From assembly GCA_964016885.1 (NCBI GenBank), contig OZ024740.1, positions 92,690,001 to 92,754,000 on the forward strand: a stretch of DNA of 64,000 nt, in the 5' to 3' direction. Every line of letters starts with the position of its first letter. Position 1 is the first letter of the stretch. The DNA comes from Eledone cirrhosa (Eukaryota). Below are positions 38,740 through 53,147 of this stretch, piece by piece. Position numbers and translations under genes: made by a program. The notes under the pieces were generated by a model that was given only the letters and a program-made list of their open reading frames with translations, did not search any database and had not been told where the DNA came from.

Positions 38740-39760
38740 CCAGCGAAAATCAGTAGGGCCATTTCAGATGACGCTGTGATGGGCCTACTTCTTTTCATTA
38801 TCTATATCAATTATATTACTGGCGTAATCAAGTACAACAACATAACACATTTTGGAGATGCTTTCAAGCTCCCTTACGTCACCAATAAAATGGCTGACCG
38901 GACATGCATTCAATCAGATATGCTTGATGTTATCCAATGGTCAAAAAATTACAATATGAACGAGGATACGTTCGAAGTAATACCCTTTGGAAAATCGGAT
39001 CGACTTTTAACTTTCACATACCCTTTCTGTGGGTGAAAACTTCGTGTCATCCAACAAAATCTGAGATTTGGAAATAACTTTTGATAACAATAGAAGCTGG
39101 CTGGGCCACTCATTTAAATATGAATCTCGACGTGGCGCGGATAATGTGTTCCTGGATTCTCAGACACTTCCATTCATTTAAAATCCACATCGTTATCCTT
39201 CTCTTTTTTACATTTACCACACCTCACATTCAATACCGTTGTCCATTGTAGTGTCACCACACTGAAAATGAAGATTGAAGCAACTCAAATGTCCATAAAG
39301 CAAAGTTAGATGGCATGACATGTGTTCACTAGAATTGCGCAAATTATATTCCCTCCAACGCAGACGTGTACGCTTCATTATCTGTATGGTGTGGTAAATA
39401 TTCAACTAACATTACCAAAATGATGTTGGCATCATGTTTCAAGTACACATAAGGCTTGGGCCCCGTACTATCCGCCGACAACAAAAATCAAACTCACATC
39501 GCATATTGCAGCACAATTATTTCACTTCAACTCTTCTGCACTATTTCACATTACACCAAAACACATTTAAATTGTAACGGTTCCTATAATTTTCAAAGGT
39601 CTTTGAACAAATTCCTCCAAGATATGACGGATAAAGCTTCTACACTCGGATATGTCTCCGTAAATAATAACTCTCTCCTTTATTTGGGCATAGTGTCTTA
39701 ATCCGGATTTGTTGGACTTAAACTGGTGATGCTATTAAGTTACACATAGCCTGAGCCAAT
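38740..39760 (+). mobile_element. Older, degraded copy of the CR1-group LINE seen at 33995-35935
   Basis: GLLLFIIYINYI, HFGDAFKL, QSDMLDVIQW, LNKFLQDM..GYVSVNNNSLL. Confidence 0.85.
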
Positions 39761-41139
39761 ACTGGCCGATACCTATAACATTTCATGCCAAGGTAATTTT
39801 GAGTGTACGACACTTGCTCCTCCTGTGTGAGTGAATGATTGTGTGTGTATATGAATGTATGTATTTTTGTGTTTGTAAATGCTTAGCTAATTTTCAAAAT
39901 ATGAGATACAACTTTCACACGTTTAAAAAAAATCCCCGTTTATTCGCAAACAATTTAAAAAAGATCGCGCTGATCAACACGCACAGGCCCTTGTGTTCAT
40001 GCATGCGCAAACTCGCCACAAACACACCGCCTCACGCACACTCACGTACATACACGCACACGCACACAGAAACATGCATGCATATATATGGAATTAGAAA
40101 TAATATGGTGTAGCAACATCGTTACTACGAATGATATTCTGCCAGGAATTTGATACAATATATATTACAATATATTTCTCAATTTGTTCTATTAATCATT
40201 TGCCCAATTAATTAAGTGATTGCTTATGACTTACAAATTACAAGGACGGTACAGTGATTGATTCAAATGACCTTTACTTAAATGAGAAAAAGGTCTCATT
40301 TATCACTGCATATATAAAACGATTGTTTTCTCCCCTCTTGTCAGCTGAATGTATCTGTTTGTAGCTCAAATAAATATATCATGCCATAAATCAGGTCGAA
40401 GAACTGGGGTACGTGCCAAGTATATAGTCGAATTTATAGCATTTAACATTTCTGTATAACGTGATGTTACAGGAAATATCACACACAAAACATTGAATAT
40501 TCTAAAAATATGCATTTTCGCCATTATATTTATTTACGTTGCAATTGCCTGGTTAAAATACTTTAAACTTTGGTCCATAACTGTTGATCCAGTTTGAATA
40601 TTTATATAGGAATACTTTTCAATTGTTTTGTTTTTTTTGTCATTTTTTGCATTATGCCTTTAGTATATATCCTGTATCTGATATGTCTTCATTTCAGAAA
40701 TTTGTAACTTTAAGCTGTGTCAACGTGGGAGAATCTTAGCAACAATCAACTGTGAAATTTCCGAAATTATTATACGGAAATTTAACAGTGTGTATGAGTG
40801 CGTGTGTGTTTGCGTGTGTGTTTGTGTGGGCACGCCTGTGTGTTCATGTGTGTGCGTGTGCGTGTATACGTGCCTCCTTCCGCGCATTTACGTTTTTATT
40901 GCTAAATATATGTCCGTTTTGTAATGCATTTTGTACAAAATTCATGATCGGCAAAATAGTGTAATTTATGACTCTTATTCATATACTCTTCATAAGAAAA
41001 TTGCTTCGTGCATAGAAAATTCGGTTCTGGCATACACTGTAATGAAATTTGAACAACATTAACATGTAGTGTGCATGTCGCAAGCTTACTTTAGGGGACG
41101 AAAGTCATAATTTTCTGAACACTGATTTTCATTCCATCA

Positions 41140-42690
41140 ATGCAGGTCTGGGCAAGCAACCTGTCGATTGCGAGTCAGAGATCAACTTCTGTTGAGCTAT
41201 GTAACACCATGTCATCTGCAAATAAAATCTGACCGATTTTAAACCCATCAGTTATGATGCAACTTCCAGACAGGCTGCGCATATCAATAGTGAACAGGAG
41301 ACGTGACCATACAGAACATTGGTGGATCCCGACGCGGATTTGAATGCTTTCGATTTAGCGCCATTCATCCGACAAGGAATACTTGGGCATTCGTTTTGAG
41401 AAATCAGGGCAGCAGCATCGATCCTATACTCTTACAGGGCTTTCCACAGCAGGTCCCGAGGAAAGCGGTCAAATCAATTTTCAAGATCAACAAAACTAGT
41501 ATATACCCCTTTGGCAATACTCACACGATTGCTTGAAGACCTGCAGGCGTGTCAATATAGGGGGGGGGGGATCGGTTGCGTCCGTTGAGAAAACCACACT
41601 ACTCATCAGCTAGCATGAACTTGACAAAGTCCCTGCCAGACTTAAAATAGAGTTTTCCGGGGTCCTTAGAAATGAGATCATCTGTAATTGGAACAATGTA
41701 TCTGGTCTCCATTTTAGCAAATTGATATTGTATCTTCCAATTGCCATTGCACTGGTGCCATTCCAGGCCACCGGACGCACACGTGTCAGCAAAAGAATGC
41801 CTTCCCTAAATTAACATCTCGGGTCGGATTTCATCTTTCCCATTTGCCTTGGCACATTTCAGCTCTTTAATTGCTCTTGTGACCTCGGCCCCAGAGAGAT
41901 TAATCTCCACGCTCAGTTGATCCTTGTGTATATGAGAGGATTCTGTTTTGATCTGATTTCGGATATCTACAAATTATCCTCTGCACCTCGTGAGTGTACA
42001 CCTCTGCGAGGAGAAGAGAACGCATTTCGATAGAAGTTAATGTCGAATTATTCTAATTACGAAGTCTGTAGATGATTTACGAGAACAGTTTATTTCCTTA
42101 TCTGAAGTCGGATTCCAGCTTAACCCCATAGTCCTTTCATATCTCAACTTTGAACGCCTTTATGTTATCTGCTGCGAGGCTTCGTTTCCTAGATGGAGGA
42201 CTTATTCCAAAGTCTTGCTTTAACTCTCGTATACCATATATATATATTTATGGATGTCTCGCTGCTGGAAGAACGTGCTTAACAGAAGTATAGTAATACC
42301 TCTACATTCGTATTTTGATAGGGCGCACCATTTCTTAAAATCACTCATTTCCCTGGCAGATCAGGAAATGTGTCACAATATTAATGACATCTATCGTTGA
42401 ACTGACTTCATCAAGAAAGATTATGCATTCGAAGGTTTCGTTTCGTTTCGTGCATACATTTGTCCCCTGCTCAGACACCTGTCTTTCAAACTGAGCTTCA
42501 AGTGACAAATCGTCCCCTCACACTTCTCAGAGGATCCTGTCAATAAAAGTCTGAGGATTTTGAATATCGACACTGACACCTGTGTAGTTATTTCTGGCGC
42601 CACACCAGAATAGTGGAGTTTCCATCTTCCATCAAAATCTAAAATATCAGCATCAAGAAACTATGTTGAGGAATACTCGAATATATCTAG
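41140..42690 (-). mobile_element. Degraded RTE-clade LINE (APE and RT remnants)
   Basis: ILFADDMV (about 41205-41228), FVDLE..FDRFPRDLLWKAL, DGRWKLHYSGV (APE); same family as 2830-4560. Confidence 0.8.
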
Positions 42691-43347
42691 GAAATGTTGT
42701 GAGGGTAGAAATTGGAAAAACATATATATATATATAATTTCGAAAGCCTTAAAACGCGTTTTATTAATTGCAAGAATATAAATATCATTAAGATTATGAG
42801 AAATGCAGCGTACATGTCGTATTCAGAGAAATACTGAAGATGACTCATCTTATTTTATACGGCATGGGTTGGTATATATATTATTTTGATGACATATACT
42901 TGTATCATCGTATTATCTCTCAGTCTTAACAGAAATAAGGCAATCATAATTGTTTCCTTTCACTCATTCTAATTCTAAATTTGAGGTATACATCATATAT
43001 ATTTCTTATGATCTAATTGACATTTATTTTCCTGTAATTATTTAAATGCCTATTGTATAAATGAATAAGTGAATTTCACACCACATTTATCTTTAATTCA
43101 ATATTATATTGAATTTATATCGTTTTTTTGTTGCTTCCATTCCATTACTTGAATGTTCATGCGCTTTTCAAATTCGGATACAACAAATGAATTTATTAAA
43201 TTGATTACGCAGTGTGTGTATGCCTGTGTATGTCTGGCCTCAAAAATCAAGGCGAAGCGTATTTGAAATTCCTAGAAAAAAATCTAAATTTCAACGGAAG
43301 AATAGCTGATACAAGGGACAAATGTCGTTACTGTCAGCGTATAGGTC

Positions 43348-43460
43348 GGGTAATAATTGTTTCTACTTTTGGTACAAGGCCAGCAATTACCCAGTGTATT
43401 ACTGGTACTTTATTTTATCAACCCCAAAAGGATGAAAGGCAAAGCTAACCTCGGCGGGTA
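43348..43460 (-). mobile_element. tRNA-derived SINE, 5'-truncated
   Basis: actggtactttattttatc..aaggatgaaaggcaaagctaacctcggcgg. Confidence 0.8.
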
Positions 43461-43595
43461 ATAATCAGTACCCACTTGTTTGTATGAAGAAGAGTAAGAT
43501 TGTGAGGTGAGTAAAGCATATGTCCCTACCTACATGTTGTCACGCATGGCATTTCAGTGTTGTAACAACTATTCTTGCGTTCGAGCTTTTAAAAC

Positions 43596-43654
<59 letters not shown>

Positions 43655-43659
<5 letters not shown>

Positions 43660-43940
43660 AAACATTTTGAAATCGAAAATGCAAATGGAGTGTTTTTTTT
43701 AAAATATATATTTATTTGGTTCCTATACCGGTTTCGCAGTTCTTCCACTTTTCAAAAGTTTGATGGAGGGTTTGTGGTTTTTTCAGAACTGCGAAACCGG
43801 TAACGGAACCAAATATATATATATATATTTTTTTAAATACTCCAGTTTAATTATCGATTTCATCTTTTTTCCATATACTCTCAGTCGTGTAGTACACCTC
43901 TGTTTTTTTTTTATTTCGTAGAAAAAACTCACTTTCTAAT
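43655..43940. repeat. Fold-back of PLE 3' end with U3-A8 HHR motif (43723-43758, minus strand)
   Basis: accggtttcgcagttc followed by inverted gaactgcgaaaccggt; homologous to 44545 and 47835. Confidence 0.8.
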
Positions 43941-43950
43941 ATATATATAC

Positions 43951-44021
<71 letters not shown>

Positions 44022-44025
<4 letters not shown>

Positions 44026-44246
44026 TAAATGTGTCTCCTGCTCAGACACCTCTCTTTCAAACTGAGCTTCAAGTAAGAAATCGTCCCCTCACCCTTCTCA
44101 GAGCATCCTGTCAGTAATAGTCAGGAAGATTTTGAATATCCAGACTGACACATGTGTAGTTATTTCTGACGGCACACCAGAATAGTGGAGTTTCCTTCTT
44201 CCATCAACATATAAAGTTTCAGAGCCAAAGAACTATGTTGAGGATT
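44022..44246 (-). mobile_element. Second RTE APE fragment, duplicate of 42452-42675
   Basis: About 220-bp diverged direct repeat isolated between (TA)n tracts. Confidence 0.75.
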
Positions 44247-44544
44247 ATATATATATATATATATATATATACATTAGAAAGTGACTTTTTTCACTTAAAA
44301 AAACTTTCTTAAATTCACGTTTATAAGAAGAGAAAAGAGTGTAGGGTCATTGTTAGCTTGCTTGGTTTGCGATCATAATGTCGTTGGTTCAATTGCTGGA
44401 CAGGGTTCAGGATTTTGTACTTTAGCAAAATAGTTTATTTTGCGTGGCTATAGTACACCGAACTTAGAATGAGTACATTAATACCATATCTTTCTAGGGA
44501 AAACAGGGAATATGCACCGGTCTCTGACGAGCCTGGTGCATATA

Positions 44545-46245
44545 TATATATATATATATAACGAAAAAAAGATTAAATCGAAAATTCAACTGGATTCTAT
44601 TTTTTTTTTAAATATATATTTATTAGGTTTCTTTACCGGTTTCGCAGTTATTCTGCTCTTCAAAAGTAGAATGGAGATGGTGGGTTTGTGGTTTTTATCA
44701 CATCTGGTTGGTCTTTTAATTTTACTTCTGTTTCATATGGAAAAAGGTGACTCGAAATGCCAGATTTTTAGAGAAGTATTTTGGTTCGTTGCTGAATAAG
44801 TATAATACATTTCTCGCCAATTCGCGTTACAAAGTTATTTTTATATTTGTCTTCAAACAAACGGGTGGGGGATGGGTTTGTTTTGTTCATATATGAGTAA
44901 AGTTTGGTTGGTTGATGCAGATTTCGCGCCAGTTTGTGTTTGAATTTCATTTTACTTAAAAAAAAGTGGCCCGCGATGGCCTTTTTTTTTTATAAATGTA
45001 ATTTGATTGGTTATGAATAAAATTATGACTGTCACCTTACATTTCGCACCCGTATTTTGGAATATTGTTTATAGCCATTTACAGAATTTTGTGCCAGACA
45101 AGAGATGATGGTCAAGGAAAAAGGATGGAGAGAGTTGTTCTGAGTATGACTGATGTTCTGAAATGTAATTTGATTGGTTATAAATGAAATTACGACTGTC
45201 ACGTGAACAAATTCGCGCCCGTATTTGGGAATTTATTTTGTAGCCATTTAGAGAATATGTGCCAAACAAAAGATAATGGTCAAGAAAAATGGGATGGGGA
45301 GAATTGTTCTGGTTCAGTGAATATGGCTGGTGCGCTGAGGTGTCAGAATTCAGACTTTCTATTGAAATTAAGAAAGTAGAGATATGTATGTTTATTTGTG
45401 TGCTTGTGTGTGTATGGGGGAGGGAGTTATGTGTATGTGGGGGTGTGTTTAGCATGTTAAGGTGTTAGAGTATTAACGTACGGTAAGGTTTATTTAGTTC
45501 TGCTTTTTTTATTTTCTAAAGTAGAAGTTGTTATGTGTCTGTTTATATTTATGTGTCTGTTTGGATGATTAGCATGTTATGGTGTTGACATAATGTATAT
45601 TAAACTATATTTAATGCTTGTCTATATTTTTGAATAAACATATTTTCCTTATTTATTCGTATTTGTCCTGTTGTATTATCAGCAAAATGATAAAACGTGA
45701 AGACTTGGAATTTGGGTGTCTTATTACTTGCGCATATGTTTACATGTGCACTTAGTGGTATCTGTCTAGTGGTTCGATCTCGTAATTGTTGGCGATGAAC
45801 TGTCATTCTGTTTCTGTGTGTGAGTTTAGTTTGTCCTATATAATCTTCATTGCATCCTTTACATTTAATGGCATAAATCAGATTTTTTGATAAGCAAGTG
45901 AAGTGATTTTTTACAGTAACATTTTGTTCTGATTGAAATGTATACGTGTTGCCTCCAATGAGGTGAGTGCAGGTTGCACAATTAGAGCGACCACATTTTT
46001 TGACAGTTGGTTGTGGATTTGTGGTAGATAATTTGGCATTGGAGAGTAATGTTTTTAGTGATTTCGGTTGTTTTTGCTTTTGATTATTTTGTGTGTTTCA
46101 AGGGATGTTCTTATTCTTGGGTCTTGTTTCAATAGTGGGATGTTCTTGAAAATAGTGCTGTAAGCTTCCGCATTTCCTGGGTTGTGTGTTGAGATATATG
46201 ATAACATATTGGAGGTACCTTAAATTTGGTTCTGTTTTCGTAAAC
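44545..46245 (-). mobile_element. Penelope-like element 3' half (GIY-YIG remnant plus 3' region), HHR at 44631-44666
   Basis: KKCGRSNCATC..CLSKNLIYAIKCKGCNEDYIGQT..RMTVH; CUU UUGAAGA GCAG AAUAA CUGC GAAAC CG GUA AAG. Confidence 0.85.
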
Positions 46246-46279
46246 TATATATATATATGTATATATATATATATGTATA

Positions 46280-46789
46280 TAGTTTAAGATGGTAATATAG
46301 ACGAAACATGAGAAGAACCCCATCATCAACTGTTAACTGCAGATCATAGATATTTCGGCGCTTAAAACAGGACATCGAACTCGATCAGCAGTGCGCCCAA
46401 GGCGATTTATTGATCAAAAGGCCTATCTGGGAAAGAAAAAGAAATGATAGAGAAGAGAGAGGAAGAAAGAGGAAGAAAACGAAGTAAACAAACCGAATGG
46501 AGAGCGGCCGCAGGGCAGCGTAACATGCAAGTGATTAACCGAGGAAAATCGAATAAGTTACAACGAAGCGATTAGACTCAAGTATTGTGCTCGTCCTGTT
46601 TTAAGCATCAAAACATCTATGATCTGCAGTTAACAGATGATGAAAGGCTTCTTCTCTGTTATCGTCCATATTGCTATCTTAAAATTTGTTTACAGTAACC
46701 ACACAGCTCCATTCCTGTCATTTTGTATTTACCGCTGTAACTCCCTCTACCTATTTTGCTCGATTTGTGATCCCACTGCGTTTTCGTAT

Positions 46790-46882
<93 letters not shown>

Positions 46883-47350
46883 GTCTCTCTCTCTCTTTCT
46901 CTATCTATCTATCTCTATCTCTCTCTCTCTCTCTCTCCCTATCTCTATCTCTCTCTCTCTCTATTTCTTCTCTCTCTCTCTACTCACTCTGCTGAGATCT
47001 CACGGAACAATATCGCTCCTAGTTATTTAACCACAATCGGTTCGTTGTAACTTATTCTATAATTTCCTCGGTTACACACATGCATGTTCCATATCCTGCG
47101 CCGCCCTCAATTCGGTTTGTTTACTTCGTTTTTTCCCCTTTCCTTTTCCTCTTTATTCCCCTCTCTTCACTATTTTTTTCTTTTCCTTCCCTCATGGACT
47201 TTTGATCGATAAAAGTGCTTGGGCACGCTGCTGATCGATTTCTATGTCCTGTTTTAAGTGCCGAAACATCTATGATCTTCAGTTAATAGCTGATGAAGGG
47301 ATTATTCTCTTAAACGTTCTTTACAGTAACCGCATAGCTCGCTCCGTTTC

Positions 47351-47360
<10 letters not shown>
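46280..47360. repeat. Diverged fold-back repeat interrupted by (CT)n
   Basis: 46310-46570 is inverted at about 47035-47310; an extra inverted piece lies at 46590-46720. Confidence 0.8.
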
Positions 47361-47405
<45 letters not shown>

Positions 47406-47521
47406 ATATGCATATATGAGAAATACATATATATGATATATGCATATATGTGAAATATATATATATATATATATATATATCAAGTAAGAATATTTTCGAA
47501 ACAGCGAGTGTGTTTGAAATT

Positions 47522-47805
47522 ATTAGAAATGAAAGCCATCGCCGTATTTTGACTAAAGAAATTAAAGAATTTATTTAGCCTCATAGTGGGGTTAAGAACC
47601 CTCAGAGAAATGGAAAAAGATGAGTATTGACGTACATGGCGTATAATTAAAAGAAACGGAGCGGCCTATGCGGGTACTGTAAAGAACGTTTAAGAGAAGA
47701 ATCCCTTCATCCCATGTACGTCAATACTCATCTTTTTCCATTCATCCGAGGGTTCTTAACCGCACTATCAGGCTAAATAATTCATTTATTTTTTTTAGTC
47801 AAAAT

Positions 47806-47810
<5 letters not shown>
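47522..47810. repeat. Inverted repeat with about 100-bp arms; spacer derived from the neighbouring repeat
   Basis: ..aaaagatgagtattgacgtacatgg / ccatgtacgtcaatactcatctttt..; spacer 47645-47712 is the reverse complement of about 47290-47358. Confidence 0.8.
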
Positions 47811-47834
<24 letters not shown>

Positions 47835-47843
<9 letters not shown>

Positions 47844-48800
47844 TGAGTTTTTTTTTACGAAATTAAAAAAAAAAAAAACGAGATGTCCTTCACGAGTGAT
47901 GGTATAAGGAAAAAAGATGAAATCGAAAATACAACAGGAGTCTTTTTAAAAAATATTTATTTGGTTTCTTTACCGGTTCCGCAGTTCTTGTGCTTTTCAA
48001 AAGTAGAATTTTGATGGAGGGTTTGTGGTTTTTCTCGCATCTGGTTGGTGTTCTAATGTTACTCCTGTTTTATATGGAAAAGGCTGGCTCGATATGCTAG
48101 GTTTTTTAGAAAAACAATCTGGTTGGTTGATGACTGTCATGTGAATAAATTTCGAGGCAGTTCGCGTTACAAATTTCTTATTATATTTTCCTTTAAAAGA
48201 AGGGGGTTGGGGCGCAGGCTCATATTGTTTTTTTCATATATGAGTGACATTTGGTTGGTTGATGCAGTAACGTGATTAAGCACATCAACTTTCGCGCCAG
48301 TTTGTGTTTGAATTTCTTTTTACTTAAAAAAAGTGGCTCAATAACTTTTTTTTTATAAATGTAATTTGATATGTTATAAATTAAATTATGACTATCACGT
48401 GAACAGGTACATTAGACTCGCGCCCGTATTTGGGAATTATTTTGCAGCCATTTACAGAATGTTGTGCCAAACAAAAGATAATGGTCAAGAAAAAATGGAT
48501 GGGGGTAATTGTTCTGGTTCAGTGAGTATGGTTGATGTGCTGGGTGTTAACATTCGGAATTTCTATTGATATAAAGAAAGTAGAGACATGTATTTTTATC
48601 TGTGTGCTGCTGTGTGTGTGTGTAGGCCGATGATTCTGTTAGTATAAATGGGGGAGGAAGTTACGTGTGTGTGGGTATGGGTGTTATATGTGTGTGCGTG
48701 TGTGTATATATGTGTGTGGGGGTATGGTTAGCATGTTAAGTTGTTAGAGTATTAACGTATGTTAACGTTTATTTACCTTTGGTTTCTATTTTCGAATATA
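47835..48800 (-). mobile_element. Non-coding PLE 3' region, paralogue of 44545-45520
   Basis: Colinear homology; HHR motif UUGAAAA..GGAAC CG GUA at 47968-48003. Confidence 0.8.
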
Positions 48801-48834
48801 GGTGTTATATATGTGTGTGTGTGTGAGTGTGTAT

Positions 48835-50900
48835 TAGAGTGTGCCATAAACAGCAAGGTCACAATACTAACGCTCCCTGCCTATTTACCCATTATAAATG
48901 CAACACTTGTAAAACAAAACATATTTTGTAAACATTAAATTATTGGCAGTATTGCCTATATCATGGTGATTGTAGTGGAAAATGTGATTTTGTTGCATGA
49001 AATCATGAACATGTGAAACAAAATATGACCATACAACAATTGTTTATTTTATTAATCCATTTTATTTAGTAAACCAGCTTTGAATATGAAGGCGTACAAG
49101 GAAGAAACAAGTTTAGTTAAGTTAACTCCAGTCATATTTTTTTCAGAGTTTCTTTTTTGAAATCCGGGACCTTGCGACGAGCTTCGACTACTTGAAGAAC
49201 ACACTGCTTCTCCTCCTCATTATTGGTGATGGCAACAACATCATTTATCAACTTCACTGCTCGCTCCGTTAGATCGTTTACTACCTTGATGTTGTGAACA
49301 ACAGCACAGGTTATTTTGATATGACGCTTGTGATGACCAATTTGCAAATTACAGCTGAAGCCAAGTATCGTCGAGATCAAAGAGATCGTACAGAAGCCTT
49401 GATTTATTCCCAAATAGATGAGGCAGCTTAGTGGACGACTTCAACTCGGGAAATACTGCAGCACCACGGTCGAGAGGCCCAGACGTTTTCGTTTTGACAA
49501 GACGTTGGGCTATTTCTTTCTTATCGGACTCTTGGACCCGGCTTGAAAACAGCACTAGCGGAATGTCTTTCTCCGTCAGGTACCTAAGATTCCTGCTCAG
49601 AGCAGTAGTGGCTGCCTGCGGGAGATCTATGTCAACCTTACTGTACTGTGTCAACCCCAAGTAGAATTGAAGGTCATTGAATGGTGCATCAGCACACTTG
49701 ACGACTGTCAGCCAGTATCGCACGTAGAACAGAGCATTGAACATGCAGATCCGGCGCAACTTCTCCATTTTAGCTTGATCGTAATTGAGTCGCTCACCAA
49801 ATGCATACATCTTTGCACTATAGATGATAGTGGACATCCACCGAGCGTTATGATGTGCACCAGGTAGCATCCAATGAATTCCACGAGGAGGGGTAACACC
49901 AAGCAAGATCAACATCAACTTGGCACATTCTCGATAGTCGTCCCGTGTAACAGAACTCATTTTCCCATCATCGGATGTCAGCAAATCATGGAGGAACTTG
50001 ATGTTCTCAAAACACAGACGTTTGAGTTGAACATTGTCGACAATGTTCAATGTTTTAAAGTTGGTCTTGTCCGTGAGTGACACCAATCTTTTTTGAACTC
50101 CTTGAAATCTGGGGTGTCGTAACTGGACATAGCTCCGAATAATTTTTGCTACACTGCATCAAGATACGCTCCATGACATGGTGCCGGCAAGCAAAATAAA
50201 ACACCTTTTTGCTGAGCATCTCTTCCAGTTTCACGAAGGCACCATTTTTCCATCCAGAATTCGAAGCAGTTGTGTCCAAAAACCAAGCCCACCACACACC
50301 CATCAACATTCCAATCGTTAACAAGATCAAATGATGCTTTGGGTTGGGTGGTTCCAGGGCAATCAGGAATGATGGGAACACCGAAGAGTTTACCTTCTCT
50401 GAAGTGCGGAGTTCCAGCAACTAGCACACCTAGCCTCTCGTGGTCACCAGTAATTATTTTGCCATCCCAATGCAAGGTAACAAAGTCTGGTACAGCAAAT
50501 TGTCCTTTTATGTGTTCAACCCCCACAGTTCTGATCTTCTTAGGTGCACGTCTGCTACCATTCTTAGAGACAGTTGTGGCGTCTATGTCAGTCCCACCCT
50601 CAGAAATAATCGATGCCATAAATGCTATTATCTGGCCCAGTGTCAGGTTCAAACGATAAGCCATTAGAGACATTTTAGGACTTTGAAATTGATTCTTTGG
50701 GAGTTCCAGCTGGATTTTTCGTTTCTTGTCTGACATTGAGCTGTCTCTGGGTGGGTTTGAGGTCTGAAATTCAGGATCCTGTTCATCTTCAGTTCATCAT
50801 TGGTTGAACTTGAATCAGTCAGTTCATTACGTGGTCCTGACAAACGATTTCTATGGTCCTCTGACTCTCGACGAGCCACAGAAACCTTATTGTTGGAGGT
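48835..50900 (-). mobile_element. hAT-superfamily (hATm-like) DNA transposon with frameshifted transposase
   Basis: LHWDGK, DTTASNSG, FACRHHVME, RDDYRE, PGAHHNARWM, VVNDLTERAVKL; terminus TAGAGTG at 48835; subfamily assignment is from memory. Confidence 0.75.
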
Positions 50901-50934
50901 GAATAGAAGGTGTTGTGTGGAATCTATTGGTTTG

Positions 50935-52649
50935 TAGTGTATATAATTTTCAATATTTGTGTCTTTATTATGATTAAGACGTCCAGAAACGGATGAGGAA
51001 ATTAGTATTATTCTAGAAGCTAGGAAAAGTATTATGAATTTTGGGAACGTAGGGACAGACCCACACACTTCAACATCACCATGGGCTCTAACGACTCAGC
51101 GGAGGTCACGGATCTTGAGAGAATTTACATAGCCCCTAAACTACATGGAAAACTTAGTAATCTACAGGGGGGGATATATAGCGATGACGCGCTTTTATTA
51201 GTTAAGAACTTAACCAAAATCTTGAAAGGTTACGAAAAAAACATTAGAAAATCTTTGAGCGAATACAATCTTAAAGTAGTAAATTTTCTAGATGTAACTC
51301 TTAATTTGAATACTGGACTGATACGACCCTTCCACAATTTAAATGAGCACCTTACCTATATTAATTTTAACTTGAATCCCCCACTTTCCATGATCAAATC
51401 GGTTCTCCGTAGTATTTCTCTAAGAATCTCTCGCCTATCTTCTAACTCTGAGATTTTCAGTGAACATGCTGAATACTATAATAACGCATTAAGGAATGCA
51501 TACCACCGGGATGAAATAGAATACATTGATAAGAATCTCCATAACACACATAGCTACACACGAAATCAAAGAATATATAACCTGTGTACAGAAATACAAG
51601 CGCACACCCGCAGTACCACCAGACATATTAGTAATAGAAAATCATCACTAAACTCAAAAAAATGCATTGTAGAGAGTATATGGGAGTATATGGGAGTATA
51701 TGGGAGACGGGTATTACACAACCCACCTAAACTGTTATCCCAACCTATCCATGGTATACTTGCTACCCACAACAAAAACTGCAACTGCCACCTACCAGAA
51801 ACATGCCCATTGAAGAATAAATGCCTAGAGTCCAAGATTGTTTATCAATCACTGTTGAATCGAACGACCAGAAATAGTATTACATCGGGTCTACCATTAA
51901 CTCATTTAAATCTCGCTGGTATCGTCATCGATTTTCGATTAAACATACTAAACACCGTCTTATGACTACACTCACCAATACAACCTGGCAACTCCGTGAA
52001 ATGCAACCGGCAGTTCACCTTGAAATGGGATAAACTATCCAGCGCTAGTGCATATCGGAGTGGATTTAAGTATTGCAGATTATGCAACATTGAACTCTTT
52101 TATATCTTAAAATCCAAAAACAAATTACTAAATAACAGAATCGAACGATAGTTATACTGCAACCACAAACTGAAGGCTAAATTATCTCACTATAAAATAA
52201 CTTAACATGTTGTAGTCTCGGATCCAGACTACAACATCGCTTTCTCGCTAACTAATTACTACTTCCTAGCTATATCCCCTACCCCCACACTAAAAGACAA
52301 TACACTGCTTATCATTATAAATGGAAACTTGAGTGCAATTTGTAGACTACAACTATGAACTTTATGTATCCCATCTTGTAGCTTTCGTCTGCCTGCTCTC
52401 TATCTCTCTTTCCTTTTCTCTCTCCCTGCCTCTCTCACTCTCTCTCTAGTCCTCAGTTTCCCTCCCTCTCCACATCTATGAACCTGCTCTCTGTGGCAAT
52501 AAATATTCCAAACTTGACTATATCAGCACAAAGCCTAAGTTTGTCACTTTGAGAATAAACAATATAATAAAACCGCTACCATAACTTTTTGATTAAGCTA
52601 TCTGTATTCTTCAAAACACTCTCTCCCATTTCTCCAACCCATACACATA

Positions 52650-52680
<31 letters not shown>

Positions 52681-52970
52681 CTCCACCCCCTATATATATA
52701 TATCTCCCTCTCCCCTTCTTTCTCTCTTCCTTTTCTACTCTATCTTCCCCAATAACTTCCTTTAAGAAATACAAGCGGTATTTACATTTTAACCATTCTG
52801 CTCTGAGGAAACGGAAGAAGCAGCATTGAAAATTGAGTTTCTGCAAATAATGACTAATAATTACCAATTTGCACATAGCATGACTAGGCTGTATAACTAC
52901 TGTTTAAACATTTGTAAGCACACGGAAAAAATTACCTTTTTTATGATGTCTACCTGTTATTATTCATTCA
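50935..52970 (+). mobile_element. Penelope-like element, 5'-truncated (RT core to GIY-YIG; ORF 51081..51965)
   Basis: MGSNDSAEVTDL, GGIYSDDAL, VNFLDVTLNL, CNC..CPLKNKCLESKIVYQ, then frameshifted YYIGST..FKSRW. Confidence 0.9.
52799..52920 (+). ncRNA. Degenerate long-stem-II hammerhead motif at the PLE 3' end
   Basis: UGCU CUGAGGA AACGG...CUGUU UAAAC AUUU GUA AGCA (G12 replaced by U). Confidence 0.5.
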
Positions 52971-52991
52971 TTATATATATATATGATCAAA

Positions 52992-53047
<56 letters not shown>

Positions 53048-53079
53048 CAAAAACATATACATATATATATCTGATCAAA

Positions 53080-53142
<63 letters not shown>

Positions 53143-53147
<5 letters not shown>

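Noticed and set aside
44345-44480. Second, older SINE family
   Set aside because: Only a B-box-like ggttcaatt and a vague body resemblance; too degraded to call.
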